A stretch of 62,904 nt of DNA, filler included, from Dugesia japonica (taxonomy: Eukaryota), in assembly GCA_001938525.1 (NCBI GenBank). It is 4 parts of 4 records of this genome, joined end to end, with 100 filler letters (N's around TTAATTAATTAA, not from the genome) between each part and the next. Parts side by side here need not be neighbours in the genome. Positions count along the whole stretch, not along the records: positions 37,554 to 62,904 come from MQRL01583123.1; 3 more parts are not named here. The stretch is one strand, 5' to 3'. The notes under the pieces are model-generated. The model was not told the DNA's origin, made no database searches, and saw only the letters and a program-made list of their open reading frames with translations. A program made the translations under genes and the position numbers. Position 1 is the stretch's first letter; every line of letters begins with the position of its first letter. Positions 53,385 to 62,904 of the stretch are shown here, one piece after another.

Positions 53385-53664
53385 ATCATATGGCACTTTC
53401 CCCACACCAATATAGAAATACTTACCTTGTTACTTTACATTCCCTCACCTTTGTCTTGTAATAATCTGACTCTTGGTACACAAAATAACTCAGCGACTTT
53501 TGTACTACTTCCAACTTCTCTGGATTTGCTTCTGGACATTCTTCTGCGTCGATTAATGAATACACCGTTTCCCCGATATCCATGTGATCACAATCATAAG
53601 CTCGGATTGCCGCACTTCGGCCCATTAAGAACATTAATATTAACACCATGAAAATGGATTGCAT
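53385..53664 (-). pseudogene. N-terminal fragment of a chuvirus-like (class III) envelope glycoprotein
   Basis: Signal peptide MQSIFMVLILMFLMGRSAA, then IRAYDC...YSLIDAEEC...VYQESDY...VRECKVTR*VFLYWCG. Confidence 0.75.
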
Positions 53665-53889
53665 ACTGCTGGTTCTTGTGCTGCGATTCGTTTCGGTTCC
53701 GTACTCATCGATATAGTCTTTTAATAATGCATGAACCCGTTCGTTTAATTTGTGACTTGAATTAGTTTTTGGTTTCATCCTTTCGATTATCCCATTCGAC
53801 TCTCCGACAGTTACTAATATCAGCTCGATTTGATCATTTTTTATACCGATTATTGGCAGATTACTCAATTGAAATTTCATTCCTGGCCT

Positions 53890-56800
53890 TCAACGAGCTA
53901 CTGCTATTTGCGTTTGCTTTACCAAATATGCAAATGCCACTAGTAATTTTGGAATTGTCAGGCGATTCGACAATACCCTTTGTACTTCTTTTTCCATCTT
54001 TTCTCGATCCTTGAGGAGTGTATGTTTGGCAACTGGTAATTTGGTTATGATTGGTTCTAATATCGCTGCTAATTGTTTGCTTTCCGTAGACAAAATTGTA
54101 TTTCCGATCCATAGTTTTAAATTTGGATACAGCGCTATTAATATCTGATGTACTCGTTTCTTGGTTGGTAGCGTTTGTGGTTCTAATTTCTCCATTATTT
54201 CCGACGATATCTCAGTCATTTTTTCATCTCTTGTTGGCTTTCGTTTTGTTGTAATACTTGCTGTTGCTCCTTTTTGTTGACCTCTGGGCTTTTTATCCAT
54301 CCATGTCTCCGCATCACGCATGACTTGTTGATGGGTTTCATTATCTGTCGTGTCATCTGTGTTATCCGTTGTCGTTTTCACTTCTTCAAACATTGTGGCT
54401 GGTGGTATTATTTCGTCCGCTACTTCATCTAATTTAACTGATATATCATCGTCCTCCATATCCAAATCCGCTTGGTTTGGATTAAATATTTTCGACTTCT
54501 TTGGTTTATTAGTATTTCCGACTCTGACATTGTCGCTGGTTCCATTTGGGTGATCTCGATTTCTTCATCACTCACACTATCTTCAAGATCCAAAATCTGC
54601 TCGATAATCTCATCCTTAGTGGTATTCTCGGTTGTTGACTCCTTGATTGGTGATTTTCTCGGCCGTCCTCTTGATTTGGCAACTACTTCACTCGTATTAC
54701 TTGGTGTCATTGGTTGTACAAATGATTTTATCGATGTCTGACTTGATCCTAATCCGGATTGTAATTTATTTTTAATTTCCTTGGCTAATTTTCGTCTGAT
54801 CAATCGTTTACTACCTTCCGGTTTGATATACATTTTATTTTCTACCTATTGTCGGATATCCAACGTTCCAATGATATCGTTATTCAATAATTCCATATTG
54901 TTTAATAGTAGTACATATGGCAACTCGTATGGTATTTTAGATTCCATTTGCTCTACTGTCTCATATGCCAAATTCGAGATTCTCGTTTCATGACCATCTG
55001 GTTCTACTATTCTGAAGCTAAATCTAAGCGGTAATACTTCATTTTGTTCGCCTTTTCTCCATCTTGATATCAGCAGTTTGAATTGTTTTGGTCTATCCTT
55101 TGCATTCCTCTTTACATCTGGATATTTCATAGGTCAATGATCTCAACTCCTCAATGGACAAATCACTCTGCAATAATTGATCCGCTATATGCTCCACGCT
55201 GGTTTTGTTTATACTTTTTTCTTGAATTTTTGATATAAAGTGGTCTACTATATCGGCAGAATCTCCACTACACTTTTTCGATTTACCGGACATTACCGCC
55301 ACCATTTCTTGTGATCGACTCAACTCTTNNNNNNNNNNNNNNNNNNNNNNNNNNNNNNNNNNNNNNNNNNNNNNNNNNCCGCCACCATTTCTTGTGATCG
55401 ACTCAACTCTTGATTTGATTTGTATTGTCGATGTAATCTCGGTCTCTGCTGTTTTACCGCTATCGTTTCTCGATTTGCTAATTCACTTTCCTCATTATGT
55501 AGTTGCAATCCCCATGGCAACTTTGGATTGATATTATCGACATAATATCGTATTGTCTTTCTACATAAATTCTCTCTAATTGACTTTAATATATATGGGT
55601 TTTTCTCATTTTCTTCACTTGCGAAAACATAAAAATTCATCATATGACCTGGCCATATGCCAAATCTCTTTATTGGATACTCATCGTGATCCTCTGTGAT
55701 CTCTCCTCCACAATAAACTACAACATACTTTCGTTTGGTAATTGGAGTACTCTCTTTTACTCTCGCCGTTTGTTTATTCAAATGTTGGATAATTTTCTTT
55801 ATTAATTTATCCCCACTTGTCGTCGTTTTAATATCGAAATCTTTACTTGATTCATCCGGAAAATGTACGGTTACCTGCACATTTTGTTTTGATATGCTAT
55901 CTGCATGAGTTATCGTTAACGTATGTATAAGCGTGTACAACGCTTTTCCTCCGATCATACACAATTGATTCAATCTGTTTATTATCTCTTGAAGATTCAA
56001 TTCTGTCATTTGACTATAATTCTCGTAAATTGTTAACGCCATTTTTGCCATAGTCTGTTTCAAACTCTTCCACGGTTCACTCTCACTTTCACCATCTGCA
56101 ATCCACCTGATCTCCTCATCAGTGACGATTCTCAAATATTCCATTTTATCTATTTCGTTTACATACACATTTCTCATTTTTGTTCTAATTCGACTAATTA
56201 ACTGTAATTCAAACTTTTTTGGTTTTCCGTCATCTAATTCCAACATTAATTCAGTAATCTCTCCTGGTCTCAATCGGAACTGACTCACATGTTGATCCCC
56301 TTTATTCAACTTGTTCCTTTGTATAATCATATAATCACACATAAGCCGATACTTCTCAAAGGTTTTCTCTAAAGGTAATTTACTCAATATTGCTAGCAAC
56401 TCACCCACTCTGGTGGTTTGAAGTTTCTCAACTATTTTCGTATGCATGGTCATGCACAAATTATCATCCATCGTAGGATAGTGGATTTTTACCCCAAAAT
56501 CTGATCTAACGGTTGTTGCTACGATCATATCTTGATACTCTTTAATTAATTCAGACCAGTTTCTTCGATGATCCAATAATATATCATAATGATAGTGTGC
56601 ATCCCAAACTAAATTCAGCATCATCCAATAAGTTTGTTTCGGAATTAATTCCTTCCTCTCCAATGTGATACCCACGTATTTGTTTATTGCAGCTAAATTA
56701 TGGTAGTAATCATCATTGCGGTCCTCGTTGGCAGTAGTTGATGTTTCACTCGGCTCATTCACACTTCCTTCTCCCACAGTACTTACTTGTTTACCCCCCT

Positions 56801-58050
56801 TTTTACCTCTATTTATTATTTTACTCGAAAAGTATCTCATCATAAAAACTCTGGCTGGTCCTGGCTGCGTTCTAGACAACTGTTCATCATTAACGTCTGT
56901 AATAATTTTAATTAAAACGCTCGGTATTTCAACTTTTGGTAATTCACTTGGCTGGATTGCCAGTGGTGCCCTCTTTTCTGACAACGGCGCGAGATATTTG
57001 ATTTGGCATTTATTCAACGAAATCATTATATTTTCAGTTGTTCTAAAGTAGGAATGAGGCCAAATTAGTTCGTTATATAAACGCATTCTCCGACTCTCCA
57101 ACAACGTAATTACTATAGTAGTTCCAGGTTTTAGACCATATTCATAAATATGGGCGCCTACATCATTGATGCTAACTACTGACACGGGGGTACAAAACAA
57201 TATAATCGCCTATGGGTTTTGCCCACTCAACCTCTTTCAACGCATTGAGTAAATCTTTTACCGTCGTTGCTTTCAGTTTTAACACTCGTGAGATGTTCCA
57301 CTTGGTCGCCACTGGTACTTTCTTTAAAACCTGATCCATCGTAATGTATGCAGTTCTATCTTCATCCGGTCTCCAGGCTTCCATTGCTTTGATTTTATAA
57401 TCCTCCACGGTTGTATTTTCTAACAATTCTTTCTTATACTCAAGAATTATTGGTCTCCACTTTTGATTGGTCAACGTGTCCATATGTCCTGGTTCCGCTA
57501 ATTCAACCAAATTATTCATTAATTTCCAATAAGCCTTTCCGGTTAATTCATCTTTTAATAATTAAGCATCCTTTATGACTGTTTCTACATAATTATACAC
57601 TCTTGTTTTGTTTCGAATTCTCCTCGTTGTCTTTTTCTTTACCGGTGGTTGACATGGTATCAGTATCACTTGATTTCGAACTTGATTCCGAGTATTGTCG
57701 AATTCTACTTGACGCTCGGATTGTAGGTACACTTTTACTAGCTGATTTAGATTCGTAAAAACTTTCTAGATCAAGGTCTTCTACCGAATTGGCTCTTGAG
57801 TGATTTGGTTCGGTTATGGTATCAAATTCTCCTTGTACGTCGTCGTTAGACGGGAATGAATTGGGTGATTTGGATGCTGAAATTGATAGAGATTGGTCGA
57901 ATTTTCGAGACGGCCTGTTGTAGGAGACCGATCGCTTGATTTTAGCTGGATTGAATCGTTTAATTACAAATGATCTTCTATGTTCGGTGCTTTCTCTAAA
58001 ATTATATCGGGATTCTTGATTATCTATGATTGTTTATTTGGTTGATTCGC
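53890..58050 (-). pseudogene. Long upstream polyprotein region: Ser-rich N-terminus, three ubiquitin-like domains, helical region, AT-hook, acidic/Thr-rich linker
   Basis: Consecutive same-strand frames joined by single frameshifts or stops; Ubl patterns at ~57100-57325, ~55620-55880 and ~54820-55022; KSRGRPRKSP. Confidence 0.65.
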
Positions 58051-58500
58051 AGATTGATTGGTTTATCTCGATTTTTGGGATATTGGAATGTTGATTGTTT
58101 TGGTTTCTGAAATTAAATAATATGGCCCTATGGCTTCTGCACGCATTCAAATANNNNNNNNNNNNNNNNNNNNNNNNNNNNNNNNNNNNNNNNNNNNNNN
58201 NNNNNNNNNNNNNNNNNNNNNNNNNNNNNNNNNNNNNNNNATTACCATACTTTATTTCTATCACTTTAGCAGCGTATTTACGTAATTTACTTTTATTACT
58301 CATTCATTTATTATACATAAGTAACAATTTTATTCGATTATGTCTACTGGAAGCCCCACTTCAATATTTATTGTTCTGGGGCAGCTCCACTCAGATTAGT
58401 GATTCCAATTATAATTTATAAAGGTTACAACTTACAATATTCCCATACTGATTTGTCTGGGCATTTTCAGATGTGCCTTTGACATATTACTCCACTAAAC

Positions 58501-58822
58501 AGAACATTTCCGCCTGCTCTTGGCAATTTGTCTTCCGGACAAATTTCGCAAATTTATCAATACTCAACTTATCTCCCTTTCCTTTTCCTTTGGTAGAACA
58601 CTCCAGCCGGTTCCTGTCAATTTAGCTTCCAAATAAATTTTTTACTAATTGACGATTAATTCAATTCGACTCCTTTTCTCACGTTGGGACAATCCCACCT
58701 GCCCCTGGTAGTTTATCCTCCGGATAACTTTTAATATCAATTAACAATTACTTTATTTTAACTCCACTTTCATTTGGAAACCTTTCCGCCTGTTCCTGGC
58801 AGTTTATTCCATTGATAAACCT
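58501..58822. repeat. Four diverged ~45 bp cores at ~91-94 bp period in the element leader
   Basis: Cores start at ~58501, 58595, 58686 and 58777. Confidence 0.75.
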
Positions 58823-59956
58823 TTCCCAACTAATCAATCATGAAAAGAAATATCACAATGATTCCATTATCTCAATTTTACATTGCCTATATATAGGATC
58901 ATTTAATCATTTTGACACCATTCATTTTCACTTCGATTTGTTTTCATTTGCTAATAATTTCATTTGCTAATTATTTTCCTAACTCTCTGCCTGTCTGTAT
59001 CAACTAATATTATGTACTAAACCAACTCAATACTTCTATTGTACTTCTATTTTATTTTAATAATTATTATTTACGAGTAGATTTTAAATTATCTATAATT
59101 ACAAAAGAAATAAAATTGAAATATCTAAATTACTCGACTTTCACTTTGTTTAAATTAGGTAATTTTAATCTATGATACATAGATCGAATTTAAAATATTT
59201 ATATAATATTAATAATATAAATCGATTAAAATATAAAATATAAGAGTATTTTCGGCAGTACAATCATTATTTTATTATTAATAACAGTATTACTAAAATA
59301 ATTACCCAAAATTGGGTTCTAATCCCGTTATTTATTAAAATTTATTCAAATTTTACCAAACTGTATCTATTAAAGCCGTTTACAAAAATCATTTACTGCG
59401 AGTTATTATGAAAATTTACTGACCGAACAATAATAATAATAAAATAAATTATTAATTATACTGCGCATGCTATAAAGTACATTAATAAAATATTAATGCG
59501 CAAAATTACGAACATTATTAGATAATTCACAAAATTAAATCTTACATGATCCGAGTGCCCGCATAAAATTTAAAGAATTCATCAGTATTTAGAAAATTTA
59601 ATTTTCCTATTAAGCCAAATCGATAACCATGCTCACGAAAACCACTTAATTTATAATTTAACACCTGAAAGTTTGGATATTTATCACATTCTATTACAAT
59701 TTTATCGGATTTCAAAATTTCAATTCTTTCAAATAATCATTTATCTCGTAAATACTATTCAATTCTGACAGCATTTCATCAATTAGCAAAATTTCTGACT
59801 TCTAAATAATCATTTATTTTCATGATTCCTATTTCACACTAATTTAACGAAACAATTTTACATTTTATTATTTCATTATTTTTATTTCATATTTTTTTGC
59901 TGATTGCAGACTATTTATCCATATGATACAGATTTTATTTGAAACGATTAGTATAG

Positions 59957-59974
59957 ATCCCGGCTGAGCCCCCA
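59957..59974 (-). promoter_or_regulatory. Primer-binding site, tRNA-Pro type
   Basis: TGGGGGCTCAGCCGGGAT, 16/18 identical to the canonical Pro PBS TGGGGGCTCGTCCGGGAT. Confidence 0.85.
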
Positions 59975-60335
59975 AAATACTTTTTGGGTTTTTAGAATTT
60001 TAAATAATTTGAGTTTAATGTCTGCATGCCTCGACCTCAATTATTTTCCTAAATACATAAGTGCGATCTATTTTGTCTAGGGGCATACCTAAAAACCACA
60101 AGCATTTGAGTCACCTCTGTGACATGTCCCTCTTTCCACGGGTTCAGCGCGACTTTGCGGTATCGCGTCTTACGTTTCCTTTTCATGAACCCCCATCTCA
60201 ATCACTCTTAATTGCTCTGTATTGATTCTACATAAATCAGGTTTGATAAAATTAAACTGGTCATACATAACCGCGAATAAACACAAAAGAATCAATCACA
60301 TTGAGAACTATTTATTCGCATCTATTCACATGCAT

Positions 60336-60646
60336 CTAGATCCTTCGCGGCATTCCCTTCGAAGGCTCATCCACTAGGTTTCGGTACAACAACCACAGTG
60401 CCCTCAAATTGTTGAACACCACGGCCTTTTTATCCGCATAAATTTTGATAATTTCGGACATCAATCGATTGGCTTGCTGCAAGGCCAACTCTTACTCTTT
60501 TAATTGTTGATATTTGCTACTATGCTCGGTAGCCTGGCTTTTCAGTTGCAGCTCTTCATTTCTTAGCGCCCGGCGCTCCTCTTTCCATTTCTTCTGTAGG
60601 GCTAGAATTTCTTTCGATGGAGTCTTATTATCTTTTATCTGATTCA
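60336..60646 (-). pseudogene. Coiled-coil exon-like frame upstream of the PBS (within the putative 5' LTR)
   Basis: tttcAG acceptor followed by NQIKDNKTPSKEILALQKKWKEERRALRNEELQLKSQ...; one internal stop. Confidence 0.35.
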
Positions 60647-61156
60647 CTGAAATAATCAAAATAGTTTATTTTTACATTAATTATTAAACTAAGTAACAGC
60701 TGAATTATAAATCAAGAAATTATTAAATTATTTCAATTATTTACAGCGTTAAATCTTATACTTCTTATTAATGCTAATACTGAAAATAAAAGTCGATTGT
60801 ATACCCCAGTATTATTCAAATAAAATTTTTTTCACGACCACGACTCAATGATGTTTTCCTGATTCGATAAAAAAAATTGTCCGATGGTTACCCCGTCTCC
60901 TCGTCAATAATCATAACCACAGTGAACTCGTGATGTTTCAATATGCTCTAATTTGCGCATGCATTTCTCATCTTCGTTCTTATTTTTGTTTATTTAATTA
61001 ACGAAAACGTTCTATTTAGCTAACAATTAAAAATTAAAATCATTCAAAGATTGCCTCTGCAATCATCGTGACATACATATCACTTTAATTTTTCATACTA
61101 AAAATGCAAACAAAACAAAACAGCAAAACAACTCTCATTTGACAACGCTACACATT

Positions 61157-61552
61157 TTATTTAGTGTTATTNACAGGAGATTTCGGGATGGAACCGCTCA
61201 GGCCCATCAAATCCCGAATAATCGAGACTTCTTCTTCTTCCGCTTGCGACTTCAGGGTATTTTTCTCAGTTGCACCACTCTCTACAGCAGCTCCAGGCAA
61301 TTGGGTCTCTTCAATGACATCTTCCGCATTACTCTCTTCGAGGGTCGTCATCAGTCGATCTCGTTGCGACGTGAGTAGCTTATTATTCGCCTCGAGTATG
61401 GTAACCCGCAAGTTGGCTACCTCGAGATCCGCCCTNNNNNNNNNNNNNNNNNNNNNNNNNNNNNNNNNNNNNNNNNNNNNNNNNNCTACCTCGAGATCCG
61501 CCCTCAAATCATCTGCCTCTTCTTTCCGGGCTATCTTCTCGTCACGGATCAT
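61157..61552 (-). CDS. Coiled-coil ORF (within the putative 5' LTR region)
   Basis: LRADLEVANLRVTILEANNKLLTSQRDRLMTTLEE heptads; GC level like the giant element. Confidence 0.4.
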   Translation of the reverse strand: MIRDEKIARKEEADDLRADLEVXXXXXXXXXXXXXXXXXRADLEVANLRVTILEANNKLLTSQRDRLMTTLEESNAEDVIEETQLPGAAVESGATEKNTLKSQAEEEEVSIIRDLMGLSGSIPKSPXNNTK

Positions 61553-62573
61553 TGTCTGGACCTCCGACCATTCAATATAGTAACAACCGTTAGTGTCGAT
61601 GTATGGCCATATATATAGCGTGGTCTTTTCGAATTTCTTCTGCCTTTTGCCATCTAGTAATTATAATCATATTTATTAATTTACTCTACATACAATAACG
61701 ATTAAAATACAATAAAATTAGATTTTTTGAACCTCCCATGATTTACACGATTTCATCGGCCTACGGCCTATCATCATTTCCCACGTCTCATAACGCGAAC
61801 CAGAGAAGATACCCGCTGGTAATAGGTATCTTTTTTCGTTCCCGCTATCGTTCAATACTGCTGGTTATTCCCTACTCATTAGTAAACAGTTGCATTACGA
61901 TTTATTTTGTACGAAAAATGGATATTAATAATTAAAACACATATGTTGATTAAAAGAAAATAATCACATAAAATAAATAATAATAAATAAATCAATAAGA
62001 ATAATGGATAATGTTTTTAATTATTTATTAAATATTNNNNNNNNNNNNNNNNNNNNNNNNNNNNNNNNNNNNNNNNNNNNNNNNNNTAATAATAAATAAA
62101 TCAATAAGAATAATGGATAATGTTTTTAATTATTTATTAAATATTCATATGACTTTTGACCAAACAAAAAATGATTTTCCCACTCAAAATATAATAAACC
62201 AAACAATAATCCCATCGGGGAATCAGAAAANNNNNNNNNNNNNNNNNNNNNNNTTGAAATCTGACAAAACCTAATTCCGATCTACAATTCTCGGCTTCAC
62301 CTGCACCCCTCCATGCGTGAACGACACCCAGCGAATTCCTCTGAATTCCCGTGATTTCTCAATTCATACTTCTTAAGCCACATTACGAAATTTGTCTCAA
62401 CCTTACATCTTCATCTCATTTTTAAATCAAAAGGATTCTGGTGGCGGCACTCAGACATGATAATTTTATTTCATTTAACAACAAACAAAATTTGATTTTA
62501 ATTTAAAAATACTACAATAAATAAATAAACAAAATTTACTCTGTGGTAGTTGTCGATAAAATGTTCTGGAAGC

Positions 62574-62748
62574 TTCTGTAAAAATAATTTCGATAACTTA
62601 AAAAATTTCAAATGATTTTCCCAAAATGTTTTTAAGTAAAAAATTCTTTAAATTCTTCTGCTCCTGTCAAAATAGTTTCGATGACTTACAATTTTAAATG
62701 ATTTTCCGAAAAATGTTTTCTAGTAAAAAATTTTTAAATTATTCTTTT
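62574..62748. repeat. ~88 bp tandem duplication
   Basis: ctgt.aaaata.tttcgat.actta...aatgattttcc.aaaatgtttt..agtaaaaaatt occurs twice. Confidence 0.7.
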
Positions 62749-62904
62749 TGTTTTTTCCAAGTAATCTGGTTTTATCATTTCATCGACACTATGACTGGGA
62801 AGCTTTCATTACTCGCCCAATCGTCGATTCGCATTTCAAAATCTCGTCCGTTCATTGGTTCCTGGAGTTAGATTTTCTCGAATCTCGGGAATGATCGCAC
62901 CACA

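Larger units (their letters stand above)
46780..59975 (-). mobile_element. Giant Ty3/Gypsy LTR retrotransposon internal region (3' LTR missing)
   Basis: tRNA-Pro PBS at 59957-59974, ~2 kb leader, ~9 kb broken polyprotein in PR-RT-RH-INT order, extra 3' ORFs; uniformly higher GC and a single strand throughout. Confidence 0.9.

Noticed and set aside
52909-53415. Plus-strand ORFs antisense to the giant element (also 56716-57051, 61164-61580 and similar)
   Set aside because: Shadow frames of coding sequence on the opposite strand
55290-55412. Duplicated SRSQEMVA sequence
   Set aside because: Identical sequence on both sides of an N gap; likely an overlap artefact (same pattern at 61417-61505 and 61980-62145)
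55950-56750. Possible Gag capsid domain (QRNKLNKGDQHVSQFRLR resembles a major homology region)
   Set aside because: Resemblance too weak to call without a profile search
57172-57519. Death-domain-like ending ATTVKDLLNALKEV
   Set aside because: Better explained as the helix of a ubiquitin-like fold that continues after the frameshift (YGLKPGTTIVITL)
58501-58822. CRISPR-like repeat-spacer periodicity
   Set aside because: Eukaryotic context, repeats too diverged, linkers related to each other, no cas genes
62270-62460. Possible gag N-terminal remnant (NPFDL...VMWLKKYEL) on the minus strand
   Set aside because: Short, disrupted, and no supporting LTR or PBS

Overview
AT-rich, gap-containing eukaryotic (invertebrate, plausibly planarian-like) sequence made almost entirely of decayed mobile elements. 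Three artificial N44-TTAATTAATTAA-N44 spacers (10486-10585, 27569-27668, 37454-37553) split it into four pieces whose adjacency cannot be trusted. It contains three partial Polinton/Maverick (adintovirus-like) elements. P1 (~850-8740) has penton, adenain protease, a fibre-like repeat protein, a GasderminX-like protein and pPolB. P2 (14495-20750) has integrase, penton, a core-like protein and pPolB with a duplicated vOTU-like module. P3 (~43860-46780) has the major capsid protein and a parvovirus-type PLA2. Also present are several copies of a short-LTR Gypsy family (tRNA-Leu PBS), remnants of hAT, pogo/Tigger, Tc1 and LINE elements, and one host cadherin exon. The most notable feature is a giant minus-strand Ty3/Gypsy element (>=13 kb internal region, ~46780-59975, tRNA-Pro PBS). 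Its broken polyprotein appears to carry three ubiquitin-like domains, an AT-hook, the N-terminus of a chuvirus-like glycoprotein, two aspartic proteases flanking >=4 CCHC knuckles, then RT, RNase H and integrase, followed by extra Cys-rich, coiled-coil and membrane ORFs. Its leader holds a periodic hairpin-repeat array. All domain calls come from motif recognition by eye; no searches were run.
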